This document shows, piece after piece, positions 1 through 10,047 of a stretch of DNA of 64,000 bases. The notes under the pieces were generated by a model. It was not told the origin of the DNA and made no database searches. It saw only the letters and a list, made by a program, of their open reading frames with translations. The DNA comes from Alphaproteobacteria bacterium (lineage in GTDB: Bacteria; Pseudomonadota; Alphaproteobacteria; MPNO01; UBA830), in the NCBI GenBank assembly GCA_964291215.2, contig OZ219791.1, positions 1,728,001 through 1,792,000 on the forward strand, read 5' to 3'. The first letter of the stretch is position 1; each line of letters opens with the position of its first letter. Made by a program: the position numbers and the translations under genes.

Positions 1-1
1 C

Positions 2-208
2 CAGCGCGTCGAGACGCGGTACTGGGAGGGTGTACTGAAGAAGGCGGTCGAGGAGCACCATCGCGAAACGCAGTCGGTGTTTGCCGAACGCATGCTCAAT
101 CACTGGAATACCGAGATCGACAGCTTCTGGCAGGTCGTTCCCGTCGAGATGATCGACCGCTACGAGAATCCGATTGCCGCGGCAACCGAGGCCGAAAGCC
201 GCGCCTGA
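2..208 (+). CDS. gltB: Glutamate synthase large subunit, C-terminal fragment (runs off window start)
   Basis: Manual translation of frame 2: QRVETRYWEGVLKKAVEEHHRETQSVFAERMLNHWNTEIDSFWQVVPVEM...*, matching the characteristic alphaproteobacterial GltB C-terminus. Confidence 0.8.
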   Translation, partial: QRVETRYWEGVLKKAVEEHHRETQSVFAERMLNHWNTEIDSFWQVVPVEMIDRYENPIAAATEAESRA

Positions 209-252
209 CGGGTGCCTGCGGCGCGATCGCGCCGCAGGCACCGTGTTGCGGC

Positions 253-1311
253 TCAGGCGCTGCCGTTGGCCTGTTCGCGAAACAGCCCGAGTTTCTGCTG
301 GACCGGCTGATCGGTGAAGCTGAACAGGAAGGCGTCGTCGTCGGACTCGTGGCTGTGCGGATACCATGCCGGCACCACGAACGTGTCCTTGGCCTTCCAG
401 TCGAACATGCGGTCTCCGATGCGGGTGCGTCCCGACCCCTCGGCGACCGAATACACCCATGCCGCCGTGGTCTGGTAGACCTCGCCCTGGAATCCCGCGG
501 GCAGCTTCTGCATATGGGTGCCAATCGTCGGCATCACCGGGCCGCCGCTAACGGGATTGATGTATTCCAGCTTGAAGCCGTGGCGCGGATCGGGGTCTCC
601 GGAACGGGACAGGTTTTCGAGGGCCTCGCGGGTCTTGACGTAGGGATAGTGGAAGACGGGCGAGTTCTGGGTATCGAACTTTGCTCCGATCGGCAGCATG
701 TTGGCGCCGTAGCGGAACATGTTGTCGCCGGATGGCCGTCCCTGCGGAAATTCCGGTTCCGGGTAGGGCTGCGCGAATACCGGCCCGAGATAGCGGACCA
801 GCGGGATGTCGAGCCCGTCGAGCCAGACCACCGGCACGTCGCCCGTATGCCCGTGATCGTGCCATTGCCAGGACGGCGTAAGGATGAGGTCGCCGACCTC
901 CATGTAGGCCTTCTCGCCATCGATCGCGGTGTAGGCGCCGGTGCCCTCGACGATGAATCTCAGCGCCGCCGGGGAATGGCGGTGCGCGGGCGCGATTTCG
1001 CCCGGCATGATGAGCTGTAACCCCGCGTAAAGCGCCTCGGTGATGCAGGAGCGGCCCTCGAGCGTCGGGTTTTCAAGGACCATGACGCGGCGTTCGGCTT
1101 CCGCTGCGGAAATGATGTCCGCCGATTCCATGATGTATGGCCGGCACTCCTCGTAATCCCACTTGTGTGGCGTCGCCTCCGTCACCGGCTCTTCCGCTAG
1201 CAGGGTGTGCAGGACCTCCCACAGCGGCGTCATGTTCCGGGTCGCCATCCGCGCGTAGAAATCGGCGCGGCTGTTGGTTAGCTCTGGCTTTTCGTGCAGG
1301 GCTCTGTCCAT
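253..1311 (-). CDS. gtdA: Gentisate 1,2-dioxygenase (bicupin)
   Basis: Motifs AERRVMVLENP, LYAGLQLIMPGEIAPAHRHSPAALRF, WHDHGH, WLDGLDIP, YINPVSGG; start at MDRALH with upstream GGAGG. Confidence 0.9.
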   Translation of the reverse strand: MDRALHEKPELTNSRADFYARMATRNMTPLWEVLHTLLAEEPVTEATPHKWDYEECRPYIMESADIISAAEAERRVMVLENPTLEGRSCITEALYAGLQLIMPGEIAPAHRHSPAALRFIVEGTGAYTAIDGEKAYMEVGDLILTPSWQWHDHGHTGDVPVVWLDGLDIPLVRYLGPVFAQPYPEPEFPQGRPSGDNMFRYGANMLPIGAKFDTQNSPVFHYPYVKTREALENLSRSGDPDPRHGFKLEYINPVSGGPVMPTIGTHMQKLPAGFQGEVYQTTAAWVYSVAEGSGRTRIGDRMFDWKAKDTFVVPAWYPHSHESDDDAFLFSFTDQPVQQKLGLFREQANGSA

Positions 1312-1636
1312 GGTCCGTCCTCCTTGCGGGGCTGGAAATCTGCCAAGGTTCGTTGATGCCCGGCAAGTGCGGGCACCGCGACTCGCCGGGCGGGCAGGAT
1401 AACACCCGGCGCCGTCACTGTCATCTTTGCTGCGGGCCGGAGCAGGACCATTCTGTTGTCGCGATCGGCGGCGGACAACCGTGTCAGAGTGGCCGTTCAT
1501 GAAGTTGGTGGCACCGTCTCAAGGTCGGAACCGACATATCGACAACGAAATCCGCCCCCGAATGGACCTCCAGATCTGCCTACAACGCCCCCTCGTCGGA
1601 CGGAACCGGACAAAAGAAGAGCCCTGCGGGCCGGAG

Positions 1637-1829
1637 CACGGCGATTCCACGCTGCTAATCCGGCGACGACTGGCGAGATTTTTTCAGTTTGCGTCGCGCT
1701 GCAATCGTTCCGCCAAGGCTTGATGGAGCCTTCTCGGCATGAAAATTGCGATCAAGGAGGCGATCTGTGATGACGCGAGCCCCAACGCATTCGGATTTCG
1801 CGTCTCCGAATTAGCATAGGATCGTCGTG
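1637..1829. mobile_element. 193-bp MITE with ISAs1-type ends, copy 1
   Basis: Imperfect terminal IRs CACGGCGATTCCAC...GGATCGTCGTG; 9-bp TSD GGGCCGGAG at 1628-1636 and 1830-1838; inverted near-identical copies at 17965 and 29751. Confidence 0.85.
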
Positions 1830-1896
1830 GGGCCGGAGAGCGGATCTTGTCGCGCCGAGGGCAATCCGGCAGGCCGCCATTCGTTCGGGACCGCTG

Positions 1897-2868
1897 TCAG
1901 GTTCCGTGGTAGGAACGGTACCATTCCACGAATCTGGGGATGCCGGATTCGAGCGTCGTGACCGGCTTGAAACCGAGATCCCGTCTGGTCTCCCCGATGT
2001 CCGCATGGGTTTCGCCGACCTCGCCGGGCTGCATCGGCTCCATGATTATCTCGGTCTTCTTTCCGAGTTCCGTCTCGATTAGCCCGATCAGGCGGTCCAG
2101 CGGCTCCGGCCGGCTGTTGCCGATATTGTACAGCCGGTGCGGCGCCTCTGCCGGGGGCGGATTGTCCAGCGCCGCCAGCACACCCGTGACGATGTCGTCG
2201 ATGAAGGTGAAGTCGCGCCGCATGTCGCCGCGGTTGAAAACCCTGATCGGTCGTCCGGCCGCGATCGCATCGGTAAACATGTAGACCGCCATGTCGGGCC
2301 GGCCCCACGGGCCATAGACGGTGAAGAAGCGGAGCCCGGTCTGGGGCAGGCCGTAGAGATGGCTGTAGCAGTGGCTCATCTGTTCGCAGGCGAGCTTGGT
2401 TGCTCCGTAGAGAGACAGGGGCCGTCCTGTTCTGTCCGCGACCGAGAAGGGCCGCCGGGAGGTGTCTCCATAGACCGAGCTCGATGAAGCATAGACGAGG
2501 TGTTCGAGCCCTTTCCGGCGGCGGCAGTATTCGAGAATCTCGACATGGCCGGCCAGATTGGCGTCGACGTAGTCAAAGGGGTGGTCGATCGAATGGCGCA
2601 CGCCCGGCTGCGCCGCGAGATGGACCACGTGCCGGATATCCGCAGCGCCGTCGAGCGCGGCCGTGAGCGTGCCGCGGTCGGCGAGATCAATCCTGTGAAA
2701 GGTGAACCCGTCACGACCCTCGAGGCGGTTGAGCCGGGCCTGTTTCAGGCGGGTGCTGTAATAGCCGCTGACATTGTCGATGCCGACCACGCGCTCGCCG
2801 CGGTCGAGCAGACGAAGCGCCGTATCGCAGCCGATGAAGCCGACAACTCCGGTAACAAGGACCGTCAC
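1897..2868 (-). CDS. NAD-dependent epimerase/dehydratase (UDP-glucuronate 4-epimerase-like)
   Basis: GVVGFIG Rossmann motif, HLAAQPGVR, YASSSSVYG, YGATK, RFFTVYGPWGRPDMA. Confidence 0.9.
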   Translation of the reverse strand: MTVLVTGVVGFIGCDTALRLLDRGERVVGIDNVSGYYSTRLKQARLNRLEGRDGFTFHRIDLADRGTLTAALDGAADIRHVVHLAAQPGVRHSIDHPFDYVDANLAGHVEILEYCRRRKGLEHLVYASSSSVYGDTSRRPFSVADRTGRPLSLYGATKLACEQMSHCYSHLYGLPQTGLRFFTVYGPWGRPDMAVYMFTDAIAAGRPIRVFNRGDMRRDFTFIDDIVTGVLAALDNPPPAEAPHRLYNIGNSRPEPLDRLIGLIETELGKKTEIIMEPMQPGEVGETHADIGETRRDLGFKPVTTLESGIPRFVEWYRSYHGT

Positions 2869-2943
2869 GTCAGCACGGTGCCGTTGGCGGCGGGCAGGCG
2901 GACCATGTACCGATCAGCGGCAACGCGTCCGCCGCCGACAGGC

Positions 2944-4011
2944 CTAGCCTGCCGTTTCGGCGAATGCCGGCATGATCTTTTCGCCGAAGAGCCTGACGGA
3001 GCGTTCGGCATCCTCGAAGGCCATGTCGTTGAAGTTCACCTGCAGCGAGGCATCGTCGAATCCGCCGACGCTGTCGTCGTATTCGCGGATGCAGTCGATC
3101 AGCTGCTCGGGCGTTCCGACCCACGCCGCGTTCTTCTCCACCTGGCTCTCGAAGGTCTCGCGGCTGAGAGCGCTGATCATCCTGTCATAGCCCTTGTAGG
3201 CGTCCGACTGCGTGCCGTCGACCCAGGCGCTGGCCGCGTCGACGAGCGATTTCAGGTAGCGGTTGAGCGGATCGCGTGCGACCCGCACGGCTTCCTCCTC
3301 CGTCTCCGCGCAATACATGTGGAATGCCAGCATGACGCGGCTCTGTCCGGGGTGTCCGGCGGACTTCCACGCCTCGCGGTAGATTCCGATCAGTTCGGCC
3401 ATCTGTGCGCCGCCGATGGGAATCGCCATGATGCGGTTGCCTACCCGTCCGGCCTTTTCGAACGATTCGGGCGTCGTGAACGCTGCCGTCCAGAACGGCG
3501 GGCGCGGCTTGGTCGTCGGACGCGGCAGCGAGGTCACGTTTCTGAAACTGTGGAAGCGTCCCTCGTGCGAGACGTTCTCGCCGGTAAGCAGCAATCCTAC
3601 CTGCTCCATGCCCTCGTCGAACCGCGCCACGCTCTCGTCGAGATCCACACCGAAGCGTTCATACTCATGCGGCAGGAACGCGCGCGCGAAACCGATCTCG
3701 GTACGGCCGCCGGAGATCGCGTCCAGCATGCCGACCTCGCCGGCCAGCTTGAGTGGATTGTTGAACACCGGGAGGATCGCACCGGTGACAATGCGTGACT
3801 TCGCGGTCCGTTGCGAGAGCGCGCTCAGGAACACGATCGGGTTGGGGCTGTATCCGCCATAGGGATGGAAGTAGTGCTCCACTGTGCGCATGTGCGTGTA
3901 GCCGTAGGTATCGGCGTATTCCGCCAGCCGCAGGCATTCGTCGAAATACTGCTGTCCAGACTTCTGGTCCGGCCCCACATCGGGGAAGAACTGCATCCCG
4001 AATTCCATCAT
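2944..4011 (-). CDS. LLM-class (luciferase-like) flavin-dependent oxidoreductase
   Basis: EHYFHPYGGYSPNP, PLKLAGEVGMLDAISGGRTEIGFAR, VGTPEQL, SVRLFGEKIMPAF. Confidence 0.9.
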   Translation of the reverse strand: MMEFGMQFFPDVGPDQKSGQQYFDECLRLAEYADTYGYTHMRTVEHYFHPYGGYSPNPIVFLSALSQRTAKSRIVTGAILPVFNNPLKLAGEVGMLDAISGGRTEIGFARAFLPHEYERFGVDLDESVARFDEGMEQVGLLLTGENVSHEGRFHSFRNVTSLPRPTTKPRPPFWTAAFTTPESFEKAGRVGNRIMAIPIGGAQMAELIGIYREAWKSAGHPGQSRVMLAFHMYCAETEEEAVRVARDPLNRYLKSLVDAASAWVDGTQSDAYKGYDRMISALSRETFESQVEKNAAWVGTPEQLIDCIREYDDSVGGFDDASLQVNFNDMAFEDAERSVRLFGEKIMPAFAETAG

Positions 4012-4077
4012 TTCCCCCTTCCTTGTCCAACCTGCCGGTCACGGCATCACCACGAAGGTACTTTACGGCACAAATTA

Positions 4078-4091
4078 TTCCGTGTACAGAA
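4078..4091. promoter_or_regulatory. Possible MarR operator in the divergent promoter
   Basis: Imperfect palindrome TTCCGTGTACAGAA in the AT-rich gap between the divergent LLM and MarR genes. Confidence 0.3.
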
Positions 4092-4131
4092 CATTTTTCG
4101 CATCCCTTTCGCAAGCCGGCAGGCCGTAGCC

Positions 4132-4596
4132 ATGAAGTCCGACGAGCTGACCGAGCGGGTCCGCCGCTATTCCCTGAGCAATGCGCCGGGGCATCTGCTT
4201 CGGCGATGCCAGCAGCGCGCGATCGACCTGTTCGTCGATGAGGTTGGCGAGGACGGGCCGACGCCGCGCCAGTTCGCGATCCTGCTGAGCGTGTTCCAGA
4301 ACCGGGGCGTGAGCCAGACCGACCTCGTTCACGCAACCGGCATCGATCGCAGCACGCTCGCCGAGATTCTCCGGCGTCTTGTCGATCGCGGGCAGATCGC
4401 GAGGGCACGGACCAAGAAGGACCAGAGGGCCAACGCCGTGGAGATCACGTCCGAGGGCGAAGCCATTCTGTTCTCCGCTTTCGAGGCCATGGAGCGGGCT
4501 CAGGCGCGGATTCTCGAAGGCCTCGATTCGGACGACCGCAAGCGGGCGATGGTCGTGCTCGCGCAGCTCGCCGGCGACGGCGGGCCGCCGTTATGA
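4132..4596 (+). CDS. MarR family transcriptional regulator
   Basis: PGHLLRRCQQ, TPRQFAIL, SQTDLVHATGIDRSTLAEILRRL, DQRAN wing motif. Confidence 0.9.
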   Translation: MKSDELTERVRRYSLSNAPGHLLRRCQQRAIDLFVDEVGEDGPTPRQFAILLSVFQNRGVSQTDLVHATGIDRSTLAEILRRLVDRGQIARARTKKDQRANAVEITSEGEAILFSAFEAMERAQARILEGLDSDDRKRAMVVLAQLAGDGGPPL

Positions 4597-4689
4597 AACG
4601 CCGGCACCGGACCGGTTCGCCAGGTGTCTGCCGCCGCCTGGACCCCCGAGGCCGGACCCATCACTGAACCGATACCCGGGAGAAAGAAT

Positions 4690-5313
4690 ATGCTTCAGCT
4701 CCACACCGCTCCGACATCGAACGGCCTGCGGCCCAGAATCATGCTCGAGGAGTGCGGGCTCGAATACGCCCTGCATGTCGTTGATCTGCAGGCCGGAGAG
4801 CACAAAAAGCCCGAATTCCTCGCCCTCAACCCGCTCGGACTTGTGCCCGTCCTCATCAGCCCCGAAGGTCCGGACGGCAGGGAACTGGTGATGACGCAAT
4901 CCATGAACATGCTGATCGGCCTCTCCTACCTGTCCGGCAAGTTCCTGCCCAAGGAGATCGAGATGGATCCCCTGTTCTGGCGCGATTTCTGGGGGATTGG
5001 CACCGATCTCAACGGCACGTTGATGGCGGCCCTCACGATCGGACGCGAAGCCGAGCCGCACTTGCCGACGATGGACATGTTCGGGCGGCGCCTCAACGAG
5101 TATCTCAAGGTCTGGAACCGGCAGTTCGCGGAGCGGCGCTACTGTGCGGGAGACGAGGTCACCATCGCGGATTTTGCGCTCTATCCGATCATGCTCCGAT
5201 GTCGGGCGGTGGTGCCGCAATATGCGGAAGGCTGTCCCGATATCGATCGCTGGTTCGACGAGATGAGCGCCCGCGAGGGCGTCCGGAAGGCGCTCGATTT
5301 CAGCGGCGCATAG
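4690..5313 (+). CDS. Glutathione S-transferase family protein
   Basis: TSNGLRPRIMLEECGL, PEFLALNPLGLVPVL, GDEVTIADFALYP. Confidence 0.9.
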   Translation: MLQLHTAPTSNGLRPRIMLEECGLEYALHVVDLQAGEHKKPEFLALNPLGLVPVLISPEGPDGRELVMTQSMNMLIGLSYLSGKFLPKEIEMDPLFWRDFWGIGTDLNGTLMAALTIGREAEPHLPTMDMFGRRLNEYLKVWNRQFAERRYCAGDEVTIADFALYPIMLRCRAVVPQYAEGCPDIDRWFDEMSAREGVRKALDFSGA

Positions 5314-5699
5314 CCGGTCATCGCAGGCACGCAGGCGACAGCACGAGCCCGGATGTTTCGCCGGTGCCGCGCATTCCGTGGCATGAGGCGAGCCCGGACG
5401 GCGTGTTGAGAGCGTGGTGAACCGTGAAGCGATTGCGCCGTCCTTTTACCGGCATCCCGGCATTGCAGTCCATCCGATCCGCTTTCCCCTTCCGCCCGGA
5501 TATTCTGACGAAGAACCGCTGCTGGCCAAGGCAGGTCTCCACGCGTGCGGATGAATTCCGGGAGGACCGTTTTTTCGCTGCGCGACCTCGGCCGCTTGCC
5601 CGGCGGGCGAGGCGCCAGTATCCGCTCCGGTCGCAAATCGACCTCGAAGCCGGTAGACTCCGACCGAGTGCGTCTTCGACCAGTGACAGGAACCGCAAC

Positions 5700-6620
5700 A
5701 TGAAAATAGCCATCCCCGATCTCATCTCGAACTCGTACTTTCCTGCCCAGGCGGCCGTTGAACTCGGTTTCTTCGAAAAGGAAGGGGTAGAGGCCAGCTA
5801 CGAGCTTATCTACCCCGTCGCCGCCTGCTACGAGGCGCTGCGGGACGGCCATGCCGACTATGTTGCGGGATCGGCGCATTCGACCCTTGCTGCCTTTCCC
5901 GAATGGCGGGGAGGGAAACTCCTGTGCGCCCTGTCGCAGGGGATGTACTGGTTCCTTGTGGTGCGTGCCGATCTCGACGTGACGCCGGGCGACGCCCCGG
6001 CTCTTAAGGGGTTGCGGATCGGCGCGGCGCCTTGGGTCGATGTGGGGCTCGCGCGCATGCTGAGGGAACTCGGCCTCGATACCGAGAAGGATGTCGAGAT
6101 CGGGCCGGTTCCCGGAGCGTCGGGCGGCGGAATCTCGTTCGGCGTGACCGCAGCGAAGGCGCTTGAGGCAGGGCAGATCGATGCCTTCTGGGCCAACGGC
6201 ATGGGCACCGAGGTCGCGGTGACCCGCGGCGTCGGGACCGTCATGTTCGCTCCCCGGCACGGCCTTGGACCGAAGCCGGCCTTCAACTACACCCAACCCT
6301 CGCTGGTCACCACCGAGGCGCGGATCGAGAGCGAGCCCGACGAGGTCGCGGCCGCGGTCCGCGCGATCGTCAGGGTGCAGGCGGCGTTGAAGGAGGATGC
6401 CGGACTCGCGACGGTGGTCGGCCGCAAGACCTTCCCCGAGACCGAGGCGGAACTGATCGCGCAGGTCGTCGAGCGCGATTTCCCGTACTACGATCCGTCG
6501 ATCTCGGAGGATTTCGTCGACGGCATGAACGCATTCGCGCGCGACATGGGGCTCCTCCATGGCTCTCCGTTCTACGACGATGTCGTCGCGACGCAGTTCC
6601 GCGACCAGTGGGCCGCATGA
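5700..6620 (+). CDS. SsuA/NMT1/THI5-like substrate-binding protein
   Basis: YFPAQAAVELGFFEKEGVE, LKGLRIG, ALEAGQIDAF; no signal peptide or cognate permease evident. Confidence 0.8.
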   Translation: MKIAIPDLISNSYFPAQAAVELGFFEKEGVEASYELIYPVAACYEALRDGHADYVAGSAHSTLAAFPEWRGGKLLCALSQGMYWFLVVRADLDVTPGDAPALKGLRIGAAPWVDVGLARMLRELGLDTEKDVEIGPVPGASGGGISFGVTAAKALEAGQIDAFWANGMGTEVAVTRGVGTVMFAPRHGLGPKPAFNYTQPSLVTTEARIESEPDEVAAAVRAIVRVQAALKEDAGLATVVGRKTFPETEAELIAQVVERDFPYYDPSISEDFVDGMNAFARDMGLLHGSPFYDDVVATQFRDQWAA

Positions 6621-6627
6621 CGCCGAT

Positions 6628-7572
6628 TCAGCCGGCGCGGCCCGGGTCCCGGGCTGGAGGCGGGGCGGCTTCGCGGTAGGGGCGCGAGACCATGAACACG
6701 CCGGCAAGGACCAAGATCGTGCCGGAGGCGTGATAGGCGAAAAGCTGTTCGCCGAAGAACGCCATGCCGAACATCGGGCCGAAGACCGGATGCAGGCACA
6801 TGAAGGCCGAGGCCCGGTTGGGTCCGATCCCGAGCGTGCCGCTGTTCCAGCACGCCCAGGCCGCGATGGTGCTGAACAGGGCGACATAGGCGAGGCTGCA
6901 GAAGGCGAGCCCGGTCCACGCAATGCTGTCGCCAAGGCGGATTTCGACCGCGTAGGCGGGCGCGAGCCACAGCATGCCGCCGGCCGAAAGCACCACGAGA
7001 ATCGTCCAGGGCGAGACCGGGGCGGCGGCGCGCTTTAGCAGCACCATGTAGAGTGCCCAGCACACCACGGCGCCGAGCATGAAGAGGTCGCCCCATCGCG
7101 GCTCCAGTTCAAGCAGCGACGCGGCATCCGCGTGCGTCACCACCAGCGCGATGCCGGCAAAGCAGGCGAGGATGCCCAGCGCCTGCCAGCGATTGATGAG
7201 GTCGCGCAGGATCATCCACGAAAACAGCACTGCCGCCACCGGAACGCCGGCATTGATGAGTGCTGCGTTGATCACGGTGGTGTGAAGGATCGAGAAATAC
7301 ACCAGCGTGTTGTCGGCGACGAACAGCGCGCACAGGACCGCAAACGTGACGGGTCGGCGGCGTACGGCCGGCCAGTCCCGCTTCAGGTGCGGGACGACGA
7401 AAGGCAGGACGATCGCGGCCGCGTGGCGCCAGAATGACAACGCGACCGGCGGGGCGTCGAGGTTCGCCCAGCGCCCGACCACGAAATTGCCGCTCCAGCA
7501 CAGGATGGCGAAGCTCAGCAGCGCATAGGGGCTGAAAACGACCCGCCGGACGGCCGCCGCCACCGGAACCAT
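6628..7572 (-). CDS. DMT/EamA family transporter
   Basis: Multiple hydrophobic segments, WSGNFVVGR, GDLFMLGA, IGPNRASAF. Confidence 0.85.
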   Translation of the reverse strand: MVPVAAAVRRVVFSPYALLSFAILCWSGNFVVGRWANLDAPPVALSFWRHAAAIVLPFVVPHLKRDWPAVRRRPVTFAVLCALFVADNTLVYFSILHTTVINAALINAGVPVAAVLFSWMILRDLINRWQALGILACFAGIALVVTHADAASLLELEPRWGDLFMLGAVVCWALYMVLLKRAAAPVSPWTILVVLSAGGMLWLAPAYAVEIRLGDSIAWTGLAFCSLAYVALFSTIAAWACWNSGTLGIGPNRASAFMCLHPVFGPMFGMAFFGEQLFAYHASGTILVLAGVFMVSRPYREAAPPPARDPGRAG

Positions 7573-7591
7573 CCGCGTCCGTGACCGGGTC

Positions 7592-9028
7592 TCAGCGGTA
7601 CTTCGCGGGCAGGTGCTTGCCGAATTTCTCGCGGATTCTCGCGTCGAGCTCGGCCGACGAACGCGCGACCACGGGGAACGTGTCCTTGCGGGCGAACGGC
7701 CTGCAGGCGTCGATCACGACCCGCGAATTGCGGCGGTCGGTATCGTCGTCATAGCACATCGGATCGAGATGGGTGCTCCAGCACCCGTTGATGATGTCGG
7801 TGTCGTCGCGCGGGTCGTAGCGCGTGCACATCGCCCAGACGACCTCGTTCATGTTCGCGGGATCGATGTCGTCGTCGACGACCACGGTCCAGCGGTTCGC
7901 GTAGGCGCCGCCATGGCACTGCGACGCGACGAGGCCGGCTTGCTTGGAGTGCCCGCCGTACATTTGCCGGATCGATACCGTGAGCCACATGCGGCTGCCG
8001 CCGGCCTCGTGGGCGTACACGTCCTTGACCTCGGGGATGCCGGCGGCCTCGAGCTGGTTCCAGACCGCGGCGGCGCGGTACGCGCCCATGTAGTAGGTAT
8101 TGTCGTTGGGCGGCATGCCGGGAATGGCGCCGGTGACGATCGGATTGTCGCGGTGCATCAGGGTCTCGATGCGGATGACCGGCTCGGGGCGCTGGCCTCC
8201 GGCATAGTAGCCGGTCCATTCGCCGAGCGGCCCTTCCATGCGCTCGTCACCGGGGGCGATGAAGCCCTCGAACGCGATCTCGCCGCCGGCCGGGACCGGG
8301 AGTCCGGTCTTCGGCATGTTGATGACCTCGACAGGCTCGCCGAGCATGCCGCCGACCACGTCGAACTCGTTCTTGCCGTAAGGAATCTCGAATCCCGCGA
8401 TCATGTACATCAGCGGGTGCACCCCGGCGACGACCGCGACCGGGCAAGGCTCGCCGCGCGCATGGTGTTTCTCCATGATCAGGCGGCCATGCTTGCCCGG
8501 AGACATCATCACGGTGGCTATGCGCGGCTCATGGCTCTGGATCCGGTAGGTGCCGTAATTCACCCAGCCCGAATCCGGATCGCGCATCACCACCATGCAG
8601 CCGGTGCCAATATAGTCGCCGCCGTCATGTTCGTGCCATTTGGGGGCAGGAATGGAACGGATATTGACGGCCTCGCCCTCGATGACGTTCTCGACCAGCG
8701 GACCGCCATTGACCTCGACCGGCGGGTGGTTGGGCGCGTCACCGAGATAGTGGCGCCACCAGGCGATCAGGTCGGCTTCGGAGGCCTCGGGAGGCAGGCC
8801 GAGAGCGATCGCGCAGCGCGGCCGGGACATGATTATGTTTGCTAGCACCCGGTGGCCGCCGGGAAAGCCCGGCACGTCGTCGAACAGCAGGGCCGGGTTG
8901 CCGAGATCGCGCATGTGGATGTCGACGAGCCCGCCGATGTCCTCCTCCGCGCCGGCGCCCGAAATTCGCTTGAGTTCCCCGATGCCATCGATCTCGTCGA
9001 CGAAGTTGCGCAGGTCCTTGTTCGCCAA
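7592..9028 (-). CDS. UbiD family (prFMN-dependent) decarboxylase
   Basis: DLRNFV start, DGGDYIGT, NYGTYRIQ, EGPLGEWTGYY, VVDDDIDP, VVWAMCTR. Confidence 0.92.
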   Translation of the reverse strand: MANKDLRNFVDEIDGIGELKRISGAGAEEDIGGLVDIHMRDLGNPALLFDDVPGFPGGHRVLANIIMSRPRCAIALGLPPEASEADLIAWWRHYLGDAPNHPPVEVNGGPLVENVIEGEAVNIRSIPAPKWHEHDGGDYIGTGCMVVMRDPDSGWVNYGTYRIQSHEPRIATVMMSPGKHGRLIMEKHHARGEPCPVAVVAGVHPLMYMIAGFEIPYGKNEFDVVGGMLGEPVEVINMPKTGLPVPAGGEIAFEGFIAPGDERMEGPLGEWTGYYAGGQRPEPVIRIETLMHRDNPIVTGAIPGMPPNDNTYYMGAYRAAAVWNQLEAAGIPEVKDVYAHEAGGSRMWLTVSIRQMYGGHSKQAGLVASQCHGGAYANRWTVVVDDDIDPANMNEVVWAMCTRYDPRDDTDIINGCWSTHLDPMCYDDDTDRRNSRVVIDACRPFARKDTFPVVARSSAELDARIREKFGKHLPAKYR

Positions 9029-9079
9029 GACTCTCTCCCCTGTTCGTGGTTCGTTCGCCGGTCCGCGCTGGACGGCGCG

Positions 9080-9931
9080 CTACTGCAGCGCCGTATCTGT
9101 GATCGTGTAGCGGCGCAGCAGCCGATCCTCGTCCCTCGGAAAATCCGTGCGGGCGTGGTTGAGGCACCGGTTGTCCCAGATCAGGACATCTCCAATCGCC
9201 CACTTGTGAGCATAGACGAATTCCGGGCTTTCGGCATGGTCGAACAGCCGCGCGAGGAGCGCGTCGCTCTCGGCGCGGTCCATCCCGATCACGTAGCGCG
9301 TCATCAGGCGGTTGAGGTACAGCGCCTTTCGCCCCGACCCGGGGTGAGCCCGGACCAAATCGTGGGTTGCCGAAGAGCTGTTGGGATCGTTCGCGTCCGT
9401 GGTCTCGTCGCGGAAGGTATCGTCATAGCCGTACATGTTGCGCACCCGGAGGCCCGCTATCCGGTCCCTGGTCTCCTTGTCGAGTGCCTCGTAGGCGGCT
9501 GCAAGATTGGCGAACAGCGTATCGCCGCCGCGTGACGGAATGCGGACGGCATGGAGAGAGGTCGCCATGTAGGGCACGTCGCGGTGGGCGCCGTCCGAAT
9601 GAAACTGCATCTCGCCGTCGGGCAGCGAGCCGATCGGCTTGCCGTTCCTGCGGATGTTGCTGACCAGCATGATGCCGCGCTTGCGGACTTCATCGCTGCG
9701 CGCGCCCGAGCGCACGCGGTAGCCGGTGTCGACGGGACCGAACACGGCCACGAATCGCGCATGTTCGGATGCGGTGACTTGCTGGTTGCGAACGCACAGA
9801 ACGGCATGGCGTGCGAACGCCTCGCGGAGGCGTTCCGCGGTCCGGTCATCAATGGCCTGGCGCAGATCCAGGCCGTGCACGGCTGCGCCGACGACGGGGC
9901 TGAGCGGAGAAATGTCCAGCGCGGCAGTCAT
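9080..9931 (-). CDS. TauD/TfdA family 2-oxoglutarate dioxygenase
   Basis: HxD (FHSDG), GGDTLFAN, WDNRCLNHAR. Confidence 0.92.
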   Translation of the reverse strand: MTAALDISPLSPVVGAAVHGLDLRQAIDDRTAERLREAFARHAVLCVRNQQVTASEHARFVAVFGPVDTGYRVRSGARSDEVRKRGIMLVSNIRRNGKPIGSLPDGEMQFHSDGAHRDVPYMATSLHAVRIPSRGGDTLFANLAAAYEALDKETRDRIAGLRVRNMYGYDDTFRDETTDANDPNSSSATHDLVRAHPGSGRKALYLNRLMTRYVIGMDRAESDALLARLFDHAESPEFVYAHKWAIGDVLIWDNRCLNHARTDFPRDEDRLLRRYTITDTALQ

Positions 9932-10047
9932 CGGTTCCTCCCCGGGGGCAATATCTCCTATTATGCGCCGCACGATGCCGCGAATGTCAAGGTTGCGGCG
10001 CGCCGGGCGCCGCTTCCGGCGGCCTGCGACGAGGAGAGAACGGCCGG

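Noticed and set aside
5181-6935. 584-aa minus-strand ORF and similar long shadow ORFs (2500-3798, 7613-8845, 9726-11036, 54722-56134)
   Set aside because: Antisense or alternate-frame shadows of well-supported genes in high-GC DNA, with no motifs
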